This document shows positions 1 through 10,412 of a stretch of DNA of 64,000 nucleotides, piece by piece. Position numbers and translations under genes: made by a program. The notes under the pieces were generated by a model, which did not search any database, was not told where the DNA came from, and saw nothing but the letters and a program-made list of their open reading frames with translations. This DNA is from Epithemia pelagica (taxonomy: Eukaryota > Protista > Bacillariophyta): contig OX337231.1 in NCBI GenBank assembly GCA_946965045.2, positions 2,790,001-2,854,000 of the forward strand, written 5' to 3'. How positions within the stretch are numbered: the first letter of the stretch is position 1; every line of letters starts with the position of its first letter.

Positions 1-134
1 GCTTCACGATTCAAGTCAAGTTGATGATCATTAGACGTCGAGTTGAAACTAGCTGAGAGATCCTGATGCAGTTCATATGCCTCGTCCTTCTCACTTCTCG
101 TCTCGACCTCTGGCTCGACGCTCGATGTGTTCCC

Positions 135-3083
135 TCAGGAAGAGCCCTCTCCTTGCGCCTTAGTTTTCTTGGATGGCAGTCGCGACTGAACATTCTTGAT
201 CTGACTCTCCACTGCATCTGCTTTACGTTTGGCCTGCTGAGCCTCAGACAGAGCCTTCTTTACATCATCCAAGATGGGGTTGACGTCGTCGTGAAAACTC
301 ACGACATCCAACAGGAAGTGCGTCAGCATGGGCCCCACCTTGGGATGATTTTTAAAATTATGCTCGAGAAAATCTTTCTGGAGTCGATAAGTTTGTAAGA
401 CTGCCCACAATAGCTCCGGGGCTCGCTCCACACTGGTTGCTTGTGAAATGGCGATTTCACTGCAAGCGCGTCGAGGCTGGCTCAGAACCTCGAATACAAT
501 TCGAGTGATGTTCTGTACCAAGTCCCAACGACGTTCTTCTGAAAGATTGGTATCGGACCCATAGTCCTCCACCTGGTCCTTCATATAGATAAACAAAGTA
601 TCTAGAAAACGACGGGCCTCGGACAACAGACTCTTGGCGATGACCTTGGCTTCCCGAGACATCGGCGAATTCGATATGTCAGACAGAAAGGCAGAGTATT
701 TTTCAGACATCATCGCCCGGATAGTGTTGGCTGCTCCGGAGTCTCGTGAACCCGACCCTTTGAATTTGGAATAGGTGTCAATCTTGGGGAGCTTGCTAGG
801 GTTGTTCCTGGCTTGCTCAGGAGTTCCAGCCAATGCCGTCGGGGCAGTGAGCTGGAAGGAGTACAACACCTTCTGGTCCCCAGGTGACTCCATGTTCGAA
901 CGGTGGCCCTCGTACTGGACCTTGACATTTTCCGAAAAGCTCTGCGAAACCAATGTTGATTTTTCCATGAGTCCGATTGGATCCACAAACTTGAGGATGT
1001 CTTTGGCCATGCTGTTTGAATTCACAAAGGCGGCGACTTGCGAGAGAGATGCGAATTTGAAACCTTCTATCTCGACCGTTTGATTTTCGGAGCGTGCTTC
1101 CAAATCGCTGAGCCGAGTGTTGTTTGACCGAGTCTCCTCTTCAAGTTGGCTAATGATCTTTTTGAAATTGCTTATATCCTGACTCGACAAATTAAACATG
1201 GACGTCGTTTGTCCGCCAGGTTCTCCCCCGGCCCGAATAGCAGCCGCTGTGGTTTTCCTGATATGATGCTCAAACTCGTTGAGCCCTCCCTTGAGGAAGA
1301 ACTTTTCGGCCACTTGCAGGGTAGGAGCAGAACGCGATAGTTCTTGCCAAATAATTCGATTGACCTGCTCGGTTATGAGCGCAACAACCTCTTTTCGGGA
1401 TGAGTGCATCGCTTCGGTCTTGATCATTTGAACCTTTCGATTCAAGTCATCGATGGAGTCGTACATTCGCTGAAAACTGGCTCCGTGTTTCTCTTGTGTC
1501 TCACTAATGGCAGCCAGCAAGCGAGGATCAAGGGATCCGAGTTCTGATTCGGGCGATTGGTCGTCGCTGATCGCTTGCCAAATTGTGGCGGCCTGAACTC
1601 CACTTGGTGGTGTGCCAATTATTCCATTGAGCACATTTATTTTGTCCACTAGCACATTGATTAGGTCTGTTTGTTCCTGTTGCCGAGTCCGCAACACCAA
1701 TACCTCATTCGTCAGTAGACGATGAGATTTCGCCACCGCCCGAGAATTCTGGATAACCATCGCTCGGAAAGTCTTGTCGTCCACGTCCGCTGGAATTGGG
1801 CGAGGCCCATTGTCTTCCTCGATGGGCGAAGGTACTTCAACTTGCTCCAACGCCAATCTCTTCGCGGGTGTAAAGGCGGCTCGTTGCGCTTGCTTCTGCA
1901 GTTGAGAGAGCGACTTCATGCGTAGCGGAGTGGAATCTCGCACAGCCGTCGCCTGCAGGTCGTGAGAGTCATCTTCCTCTCCATCCTCAGGAATGGTAGC
2001 GTCTCCCGCCAACATGGCGAAAAGGTGAGACCATAACCAAACTGGCTTCCGAGTTTGGAGCATCTCTTGGATCTTGTTGTTGGGCAGCTTCGTTGCATCC
2101 AAAAATGGATCTTGAAACGCCAGAGACTGTCCCCTGGGTGGAACCGGTACATCAATGAACAAACAGCGTTTTAAGCCCTGTTCCCGAAGAGAATCCAGGA
2201 AAGACGGCCCTTTACGATGCGACTTCTTCGTACAATGGCCCTTCAAGTGGCGGCAAAACTTACCAGCCGCCCCCACGATTGCACCGCACAACAAATCCTC
2301 AACGAGATCAAGCTCTACAACAGTCACAGAATTCTGCAATTCAGACGCGATGGGCTCACCATTGTTAACCGCCGAACCACTAGGTTTGAGTCCCGTGTCA
2401 TAACAACTCAGACTCGCGTTCGCATAATCCAGAAACTGCGAAGGGTCCTTCGCCTTGGCAGACGGGCCCGACGTGGCACCTTCCTGCTTGATGTCAAACA
2501 AGACAGAATCGGTTTTACTCTGCGATGAAAACTTGAATGGCTGTTTGACAGACGTGCCGGTACTAGTGTCGCCGTGTTCCATCTGCCACGCAGCTGCTAA
2601 GATGTCGGAATCCGTGACACCGCCGTCAAGAGAGAAAGATTCACAAGAGGCAACGCCAGAAGGACCTAGGCCCTGCGAACGATCGAGAAACTGATCACCG
2701 AACGCCCGAAAACCCGAAACCGACACAAACTCCTCCCCCGTACCAGACGCACGCGGCGACAAGGCATCGCCACGCAACGTCGACGCACGAGGATCCCGCA
2801 ACGCTGGAGCGCCCACCCCCAAGCCGAACGAGGAAAACGCCGACGTCAAGCCAGCCGCAGCAGGGCTGCCCGACACCGGCGGCGCGGAAGGTGGATGAGA
2901 CACCGGGGAATCACGATCGCTACGCGAAGCGGAACGCAAATCGCGGAAAAGCGAAGCACGAGCAGAGAAACCAGCAGACGACATGGGGGCTTTGGCAGGA
3001 CGCAACAGCAAAAACAAAATACAGATCAACGCAAAGAGAGATACTAAACCTGCAGGGAAAAGCACCTTCATCCAATAATCCAA
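135..3083 (-). CDS. 982-aa intronless orphan ORF, putative ORF1/Gag-like protein of a retroelement continuing left of the window
   Basis: Long uninterrupted ORF. Contains a C-x10-C-x6-C-x4-H knuckle-like motif (CGAIVGAAGKFCRHLKGHCTKKSH), coiled-coil-like segments and a C-terminal helical region (WDLVQNITRIVF...LLWAVLQTYRLQKDFLEHNFKNHPKVG). It resembles repeat-associated diatom hypothetical proteins from memory only; the TE assignment is inference. Confidence 0.5.
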   Translation of the reverse strand: MDYWMKVLFPAGLVSLFALICILFLLLRPAKAPMSSAGFSARASLFRDLRSASRSDRDSPVSHPPSAPPVSGSPAAAGLTSAFSSFGLGVGAPALRDPRASTLRGDALSPRASGTGEEFVSVSGFRAFGDQFLDRSQGLGPSGVASCESFSLDGGVTDSDILAAAWQMEHGDTSTGTSVKQPFKFSSQSKTDSVLFDIKQEGATSGPSAKAKDPSQFLDYANASLSCYDTGLKPSGSAVNNGEPIASELQNSVTVVELDLVEDLLCGAIVGAAGKFCRHLKGHCTKKSHRKGPSFLDSLREQGLKRCLFIDVPVPPRGQSLAFQDPFLDATKLPNNKIQEMLQTRKPVWLWSHLFAMLAGDATIPEDGEEDDSHDLQATAVRDSTPLRMKSLSQLQKQAQRAAFTPAKRLALEQVEVPSPIEEDNGPRPIPADVDDKTFRAMVIQNSRAVAKSHRLLTNEVLVLRTRQQEQTDLINVLVDKINVLNGIIGTPPSGVQAATIWQAISDDQSPESELGSLDPRLLAAISETQEKHGASFQRMYDSIDDLNRKVQMIKTEAMHSSRKEVVALITEQVNRIIWQELSRSAPTLQVAEKFFLKGGLNEFEHHIRKTTAAAIRAGGEPGGQTTSMFNLSSQDISNFKKIISQLEEETRSNNTRLSDLEARSENQTVEIEGFKFASLSQVAAFVNSNSMAKDILKFVDPIGLMEKSTLVSQSFSENVKVQYEGHRSNMESPGDQKVLYSFQLTAPTALAGTPEQARNNPSKLPKIDTYSKFKGSGSRDSGAANTIRAMMSEKYSAFLSDISNSPMSREAKVIAKSLLSEARRFLDTLFIYMKDQVEDYGSDTNLSEERRWDLVQNITRIVFEVLSQPRRACSEIAISQATSVERAPELLWAVLQTYRLQKDFLEHNFKNHPKVGPMLTHFLLDVVSFHDDVNPILDDVKKALSEAQQAKRKADAVESQIKNVQSRLPSKKTKAQGEGSS

Positions 3084-3395
3084 TAATCAACCTGACGACA
3101 GTGAGCCCAAACAAACACATCCAAAGCCCAACCACAAAGCTTGCGTCCAATCTTTTGGTTCAAGTCACATACGATCCTCTTGGGCTTGTCTGTTGTTTCT
3201 CTTGCTGTTCAGTTATCTCTGCGTACTGCTGTCCGTTGTCGTCTGTGATTGCCCGATTAGCTTGAGGCACATAGCGCCCTGAGTCCATATATTCGAATTA
3301 TTTAACCCTTTTTATTTCAATTTTTTTATTATTGCCCTAATCTTCTTTTTGTTGTTGTACGAGTATAGAGTCCCAGTTGTTGCAGCGGCGGCAGT

Positions 3396-3443
3396 CATCA
3401 TGTCACATCATGTCACATGATACGAGTACATGATGTCACATCA
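3396..3443. promoter_or_regulatory. Cluster of ATGTCACAT motifs forming two perfect odd palindromes
   Basis: ATGTCACAT occurs at 3400, 3410 and 3433. TCATGT-C-ACATGA (3408-3420) and TGATGT-C-ACATCA (3431-3443) are perfect palindromes. A regulatory function is inferred only. Confidence 0.35.
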
Positions 3444-6400
3444 TTCCACTTCCACCCAGTTGCTGCCACGAAGGAAGTAGAAGCAAAACGAGAAGCTCTG
3501 ATCGAATGGCAAGTCGGCCTTATAAACTGTGCTCTCGTCAACAACTACTCCTACGAAAGATGGAAGCACATCGTCAATGTGATGATCCTAAAAGAGCCCA
3601 ACAATCTACGTATTCACCGTCTTCGTGTCATTCATCTCTACGAACAAGATTACAACCTTGTCCTAGCGATCAAATGGAGGCAACTCATCCAATTAGGCAC
3701 CAATCAACGGACACTGCACCCAATGCAATTTGGAGGAGTTCCAGGCCGTGATGCCGTCATCCCAACACTATGCGAAGAACTACAATACGAAATATCAAGG
3801 GCTAGCAAACGCCCATTGGTTCATCTTGACTACGACGCGACAGCGTGTTATGACCGCATTGTTCTTTCCTTCGGTAGTCTCGCTTCTAGAAGCTTCGGTC
3901 AACATCGCTCTATTGTGTTTGTCAACGCTAAAACACTAGAGGAAGCGAAATATTATCTCAAAACAAAACTCGGCGTATCAGAACACCACTACCAGCACTG
4001 TCAACTTTTTCCAATCTACGGGTCCGGGCAAGGAGCAGGAAACTCTCCAGCTATTTGGTGTGTCATCTCGACAATTCTCTTCGACACCTACGACGAAAAA
4101 GCTCACGGCAGCGTCTTTCATAGCCCCGATGGTTCTGTATCAACTGCAATCCACATGATCGGATTCGTAGACGACACCAGTGGAAGCGTGAACGATTTTC
4201 TTCGAGACAGTCAAGCACCACCTGAGCACTATATCGAGAAAGCTCAAAGCGACGCTCAGCGATGGAACGACCTACTCAGCCTATCCGGCGGTGCTCTCAA
4301 TGTCGAAAAATGTTCTTATCACTTTCTCTATTATACATTCAACGTCGACGGACTTGCAATACTACAACCCGACTCCTTCGGACCACGGATTACCATCAAG
4401 TTTCACGACTCTGATCAGGCTACTCCCATCAAACAACTTTCTTCGTATCGCAGCCACAAAACATTGGGCGTGCAAAAATCTCCTTTCTGTACGGATAAAG
4501 GTCTGTTCCTTGCCCTTGCCAAGAAGAATCAAAAACATGCTTCAGTCATGGCTACTAGTCCGTTCTCGAGAACCGACGCCTGGGCTTACTATCATGCAAT
4601 TTACTTACCGAGCATATGCTACCCACTTCCTTCTTCCACTCTGTCCGATGCACATTGTAATGCTTTGCAAGTGCAATTCAAAAAAGCTTTTTTACCCAAA
4701 TACGGCTTCAATCGACATATGCCAAATGCCGTTGTCTACGGACCCAGTGATCTTGGAGGCCTTGGACTTCGTACACTCTCTGTCGAAAGGGGAATCTCCC
4801 AGACCTATCTTCTACTGGCATGTCTTCGCTCTCCTGGCGTCCCTGCCAAGTTAGCCAATATCGCCATCTCTTGGGCACAGTTTCTTGCTGGTACTAGCGT
4901 GTCTGTTTTCGAGGACGTCTCAACTCCGATACCATATCTTGCACCGATGAAATGGATCCTCCAAGTACGACAGTTCCTTCACTCAACAAACTGCCACATC
5001 GAACTCGAAGCTACGTTCCTCCCCAAACTTCAACGAGAGAATGACCGATTCCTGATGGATCTTGTACTCGAGTCACTGACTCTTACCCCGATGGAACTCC
5101 AGATGCTGAACGCTTGTCGCATGTACCTGGGTGTCACCTTACTCAGTGATATAGTTACTCCTGATGGCAAGAAACTGTCGCTATTCACCACAGAATATCG
5201 TCACGATAACTTTTCAACCCATCACGGCTTGATTCCGTATCAAACAAAGCCCAGCTCTCGAGCGTGGAATAAATGGCACAAATTGCTAGAACTTCTTCGA
5301 CAACCAAGCACTCAATTTCTCCTAGCGACTCCCCTTGGTCGATGGCTCGTTCCAGGCCATGAAACATACCGCCATTGGAAATACTTGATCGACTGCCCCA
5401 GCTGTACACTTTACGTCTCCGAACAGGAAGGGTACCGCCATTACTGGTATCAACACCCGCTATTCCTTCCTACGTCTCAGATGTCGCCGAAACCTCCCCC
5501 CGCTGCTGTTCCCGCTCATGTGATTCAAAACGGCCCCGGATTCTTCTTGTCACCATGCCGCCCACAGCAACTGCCTCCCACACCATCTTCTCCGAACTCA
5601 TTTCTTGAGTACACAGCTAGTCTTGCCAGATGGGACCAACAGCTTCTCTCCCAACTTGACTTCCTTTGTCCGACTGCTGCGATACATCATGTTTTCCAAA
5701 CAACAAACCGCCTTCTCTTCTGTAGTGACGGCTCAGCTGCTCTTTTCACCGGCAAGTTTGGCTCCATCTGCAGCACTCCTCATGGTCAACGCCTGTTCCA
5801 TCTTCGCGGTCCGGCTCCCGGGTACAGAACCTCGTCTTTTCGCTCTGAGAGTTATGGTATGCTTGCGATTCTACGAAGCATTTTTCACATCACCAAGTTT
5901 CTCGGTCTCCACCTCCAGTCCCAACTTCTTCTCTATACAGACTCGAAAAGTCTAATTCAAAGTGTCAAGAAACGTCTCGAATGGGCATACGACTTCCCAT
6001 ACTCGACTATGGAAGCAGATTGGGATATCCAACAATCCATCACGTACACCCTCCGCCAATTTCCTGTGATTCCACAGTTTCTTCATGTACGTGGACACCA
6101 AGACAGAACCAGATCTTATGCTACACTCCCACTCCCAGCCCAACTTAATGTCGATGCAGACCGTCTTGCTGAAGATTACGAGTACCCAGCTTCAATCTCA
6201 TCCACACATGCTCCTCTCATTTCAGGCAGCCAAGCCATGCTCCACACACCACTCGGTACTGTTCACTCAAACTACCGCGGTACCCTACGGTATCTTGCTA
6301 CATGGACCACTCTTTGGGATTACCTTACCAACAAGTACGACTGGCCTCTCTCGGTGTATGACTCAATCGATTGGCCTGCCCATGGCCGCGTCATCAAAGC

Positions 6401-7139
6401 CTCTTTTGCCCGGCGCCATTTTCTGATAAAATTCATACATGACTGGCTTCCCCTTGGATACCTGCGCTCACGTTATGCAGTGTTTTACTCGGAAACGTGT
6501 CCTCTTTGCACTCCACCTGTTGTTGAGACTCGAACGCACTTTCTCCGCTGTCCTCACCGTCAATGGAAAGGCTCTATGGTTACCGAACTACAACAATTTT
6601 GGCGACATCAGCACCTTGATCCTAACTTGTCCTTGATTCTGACCGAAATGATCCATTCTTGGCTTGCAAACCTTCCACCTGTGTTCCCTACTTTTCCCGA
6701 TCTTTATCGCACCCTTATCACCAACCAACGACTTATTGGCTTTGAGCAACTTTTCCTCGGACGCTTCTCGCGGTTGTGGAGTCGACTTCAAGATTCATAT
6801 CTTTCTCAACGGAACCTTGCTAAACGCTTGATCTCTGGCACACACTTTGTCACAGGCTCAATAAAAATCATGTGGAAACATATTCACACTCTTTGGATAA
6901 CTCGGAACCAAGACGTCCATGGCAAAACACCACCTACTATTGAAGCAGCTGCTTACGCTCAAGCTCAACGCGAAGTCTGTGCTCTTTATGATCTACAACA
7001 TCAAGTTCCCGTGGCTTATCGTGATATTTTCTACTCTTCTACCGATGCCCACTTCGAAGCGGAAAGTTCCTCGTTTCTGCTTCGCTCCTGGATTAACACC
7101 TGGCGTCCTGTTATCAGCAGGACCGTTTCACTCTCCTAA
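3417..7139 (+). CDS. Reverse transcriptase-RNase H polyprotein fragment of the LINE (first ~19 codons are host flank/TSD)
   Basis: RT motifs LRVIHLYEQDYNL, LDYDATACYDRI, GSGQGAGNSP and GFVDD. RNase H catalytic set SDGS / RSESYG / YTDSKS / HVRGHQD / NVDADRLA. C-terminal CPLC...ETRTHFLRC zinc finger. Confidence 0.92.
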   Translation: MIRVHDVTSFHFHPVAATKEVEAKREALIEWQVGLINCALVNNYSYERWKHIVNVMILKEPNNLRIHRLRVIHLYEQDYNLVLAIKWRQLIQLGTNQRTLHPMQFGGVPGRDAVIPTLCEELQYEISRASKRPLVHLDYDATACYDRIVLSFGSLASRSFGQHRSIVFVNAKTLEEAKYYLKTKLGVSEHHYQHCQLFPIYGSGQGAGNSPAIWCVISTILFDTYDEKAHGSVFHSPDGSVSTAIHMIGFVDDTSGSVNDFLRDSQAPPEHYIEKAQSDAQRWNDLLSLSGGALNVEKCSYHFLYYTFNVDGLAILQPDSFGPRITIKFHDSDQATPIKQLSSYRSHKTLGVQKSPFCTDKGLFLALAKKNQKHASVMATSPFSRTDAWAYYHAIYLPSICYPLPSSTLSDAHCNALQVQFKKAFLPKYGFNRHMPNAVVYGPSDLGGLGLRTLSVERGISQTYLLLACLRSPGVPAKLANIAISWAQFLAGTSVSVFEDVSTPIPYLAPMKWILQVRQFLHSTNCHIELEATFLPKLQRENDRFLMDLVLESLTLTPMELQMLNACRMYLGVTLLSDIVTPDGKKLSLFTTEYRHDNFSTHHGLIPYQTKPSSRAWNKWHKLLELLRQPSTQFLLATPLGRWLVPGHETYRHWKYLIDCPSCTLYVSEQEGYRHYWYQHPLFLPTSQMSPKPPPAAVPAHVIQNGPGFFLSPCRPQQLPPTPSSPNSFLEYTASLARWDQQLLSQLDFLCPTAAIHHVFQTTNRLLFCSDGSAALFTGKFGSICSTPHGQRLFHLRGPAPGYRTSSFRSESYGMLAILRSIFHITKFLGLHLQSQLLLYTDSKSLIQSVKKRLEWAYDFPYSTMEADWDIQQSITYTLRQFPVIPQFLHVRGHQDRTRSYATLPLPAQLNVDADRLAEDYEYPASISSTHAPLISGSQAMLHTPLGTVHSNYRGTLRYLATWTTLWDYLTNKYDWPLSVYDSIDWPAHGRVIKASFARRHFLIKFIHDWLPLGYLRSRYAVFYSETCPLCTPPVVETRTHFLRCPHRQWKGSMVTELQQFWRHQHLDPNLSLILTEMIHSWLANLPPVFPTFPDLYRTLITNQRLIGFEQLFLGRFSRLWSRLQDSYLSQRNLAKRLISGTHFVTGSIKIMWKHIHTLWITRNQDVHGKTPPTIEAAAYAQAQREVCALYDLQHQVPVAYRDIFYSSTDAHFEAESSSFLLRSWINTWRPVISRTVSLS

Positions 7140-7285
7140 CCGACCTCGCCACGTTTCTCCCCCCTGTCATACCTTGTCCCGTCCTTTAGTCCTCGCTTCA
7201 CATTTTGTGTGGAGCCAGGCGCGTCGGTCGACGCTACCCTAGCGGGTGCGCGCGGCAGCGTTAAAATAGATTGTACCTTTTTTTT
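3474..7285 (+). mobile_element. 5'-truncated non-LTR retrotransposon (LINE with RT + RNase H + CCHC; Ambal-like diatom type)
   Basis: Flanked by the 14-bp direct repeat TTGCTGCCACGAAG (3460-3473 and 7286-7299). The ORF is intact but starts inside the RT N-terminal region with no endonuclease. A ~146-bp 3' UTR ends in a T-run. Confidence 0.9.
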
Positions 7286-7436
7286 TTGCTGCCACGAAGA
7301 TTCTTGAAAAGGATCTTGGATTTTCTGTTAGCCGACAGTTAATTTGACGGTAGCCCCATTCATTCCTTGATCCAGCCAAAAAATGAGGGACCCTTCGCAT
7401 GGTGTGTCTTTTCCAAGACACCAAAAATCTTCGACA

Positions 7437-10192
7437 ATGAAGTTTGCGTCCAAACATGCCACGACGGCGGTGTTGTTATGGTCGTTTTTCCTATCAGTAA
7501 CCTCACAGAATGCCAATCCAAGTAGTAGCAACAAGCAGTTTGTTCCTGAGAACGTTGAAGAGAACACGGTCTACTGCGATATTCCCCCGTACCAAAGCAC
7601 TGCTTTCGAGCCAAAAGATGAAATGTGCGAGAATGTTGTAGACGATATACTCGGAGATGAGGATGCTATTCAAGCCCTGGCGGAAGCATATGCTCCCCAT
7701 TTATATTTTCACCCCTTGGAACTTTTCACCATGAGCTCCGTGAACCGCACTTTTGGAGATCCATCGAAAGGACAAATTTTTTTCAACGGCGTTGATCGCT
7801 TGATCTTTGACGAAGAACTGAACCAAACATCTCTCGCACTTACAACGCGCGATCCTGATTATGTTCTTTATTCTCATGCTTTCTCATTTGAGCATGAACT
7901 TGAAACGGAGTACAAGCTTGGTGATGGTTTCGACGAGAATGGGCTCTCTTCAGCCCCCATTTACTTTCGACCTTTTGATTCTGGCAACGGGACAATCACG
8001 TTCCACTATCTCATGTACTACACATGGAACGGACCAACCAACATGGGTATCCTGAGCACGTACAATGGAACAGATAACTATGTGAGGCTTTCCCTGTCAC
8101 CTTGGGGTGTTCACGAGGGAGACTGGGGTGAGTTTCTTTTTGAACAATATTGCTGTTTTGGGTTTGACAGTTGACAGGTTCATCCTAACACTTTTTTTTC
8201 ACGCGACAGAATCTATGAGTGTAACAGTGTGCAAGCATCCCAGCGCTAGCCAGCCACTTGGCATCACATACAGACAGCGCGACTTTGGACAGATGCTGGA
8301 TTGTACTCGTGGCGAATGCACGTTCCATGAAGATAGCGCAACAAATCCAGTCGGTTTTGTTGCCCTCAATAGCCACGACGTGTATCCGTTTTCCGCGCGA
8401 GAGCTAGTCTATGGGGAAGCATATCCTCTTGAATTCTGGATCAACTTGCAAGCCGTTCTTACGGTTGACCGAACTGCGTACATGGATTTAGACGGTAACA
8501 CACGGCGTTTTTCTCCGAGTTCCGATAATGTCATACGCCTTGCGGAGCAAGAGGACATCGTCCCGGATGCTTCGGAAGATTCTCAGCAATGGGGAGCCTT
8601 TGGAGGCAGATGGGGACGGTCATCAGTCTCAAGTGAAGACCTTGTCTCTGAGTACCCTTTTTGTTTCGGCAGGAATACGCTCAGTTTCGTGGAGTGTCCC
8701 ACAGAAACCGAGGATCCAGTGTTTCTTATTGTCATGCAAATGTTAGGCGTAAATTCGACTTCTAACCCAATGCTCGCAGCAGCAAAGGCGTTGTCGGATT
8801 TCCTTATCGACTTCTTTGCCGATAGCGTCAGTGCCCCAACTGGGCCCGCAGCGGAAGCCTACTACTCGCGTCTCAACGGTGTCGGGAATGCTCCTATTTG
8901 GGATCGCATTAGTTCAGATTCCACCGGTGCTCAATACTGTCAAGAACTTGTGGACAACATACCTGATACAACCCGGCTACCCGCGGATTCTGAAGTATTG
9001 CCGCTTGTCAAGAACGTCATTGGGATTGTTTTGATGTGTATTGGTTTCACTTTTCTCTCGATCTGCTACTTCATTTTTTGGAAAACTGAGGGAGTCCGCC
9101 CCCTCCTAGAGAAAGATGAAGATGGACGATACATGAGACCCTCAAGATCAGCCAGAAGCTGGGTATACCGAAAGCTTGGCTCTATACGGGTGCTTGGGTG
9201 GTTTCCTTAGGCGGAACAATTCTGTTTTTTACAGGTAAGCAAGACATTGAGACAAAGTTCCACATCTATTGTGCCTAACACATCATTTCTGGTTGTAGGC
9301 TACGGTATTTTACTGAGCCTTCTTGAAGACACATTCCCTGGACTCGACTTCGAAACAATCAACAACATTTTTCTTACCTTGGGTATATTTGTGATGATAA
9401 TAGACACGTTAATCCTAATTGCAATCTGGCTACGAAGCGACGATCTCTGGCTTCAAATCAATGAAACATATTTCGACATCGTTGGCGATGACGAAGGAAT
9501 GGAGCAGTTTAAAAGAAATGAGGTCCTCAAGCATAACCATGGTCGCATTCAGACCTTTTTCATGGTGGCATATTCATTTCTGTTGTTGAGTCTAATCCTT
9601 GCTGTTCTCATGGTTGTGATCGGCATTTTCAACGTTGGATTCTCGTATGCATTTGGATATGCATGCAGGGAAGTAGTCGGTGCACTAGATGGAATTTGCA
9701 TTAGATTTGCGGCGTTCGACATGAGAGAAATCAAGTGCGGTGATGACTTTCTATCGGTACGTTTCTATCTCTATTCGTTGTGCAAGTATCTCGCGTTCTT
9801 TAACCTCGCCAACTTATCTTTTGAGCAGTTTTGCAACGATTGGGCACAAAAGGAAATGGTTATGACACTATGGGGGGCCTTCATTGTAACGGTTGGTCAC
9901 TTCTTCTTGATTTCCGCTTGAGGGATGGCAGTCATGCATAACCGATTTGCAAAGAGGGCGATCGCGCTTCTTCCCACTCGAGAAGATTACGCCAAAGGCT
10001 TTCTGTACTCAACTCGTTGAGGACGACAAAGTAAGCAGTTCAATTATGCCAATAGACGTACCAGAATCCTCAGAGCAGTCAGACCAAATCCAAGATGAAG
10101 ACACAAAGGATGCTGACAATGGTGAATCAGACAACGTGGAACAAGAAGAGACAAACGAGGAAGAAGTCGAAACGGAGAATGCAACAGGTTAA
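7437..10192 (+). pseudogene. Signal peptide + Vps62/DUF946-like domain + multi-TM protein, with apparent lesions
   Basis: Vps62-like motifs YAPHLYFHPLE and HEGDW|ESMSV across intron 8128-8209. Further introns at 9235-9298 and 9757-9828. Splicing requires a frameshift between 9120 and ~9175. There is an in-frame TGA at 9919-9921, and the acidic tail lies in yet another frame. Confidence 0.6.
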
Positions 10193-10412
10193 TTCCATCG
10201 ACCGAAGCGAATGAGAAAGGCCAAACGTCGCTTTATATCATTTTATTTCTAGTGTATTTATGTTAATTGAGCATACACGGCGTTGTACACATATCTATAA
10301 TATGACAGGCGCCATTGGACCACTGCTCTCTAAAGGAAAGACAAGAGACATGCATACAAATGAAGGGACCAAAGTTTGGACAAGCCAGAAGGGGAATGGT
10401 TTCATGACATTT

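Noticed and set aside
7235-7246. CCCTAGCGGG shared by the LINE 3' UTR and the tips of the 58-kb TIR element
   Set aside because: Only ~10 bp, with no flanking similarity; most likely coincidental.
135-7299. Head-to-head 982-aa ORF and RT ORF as a single twin-primed (5'-inverted) LINE insertion
   Set aside because: The 14-bp TSD at 3460-3473 and 7286-7299 brackets only the RT part, so the minus-strand ORF lies outside that insertion.
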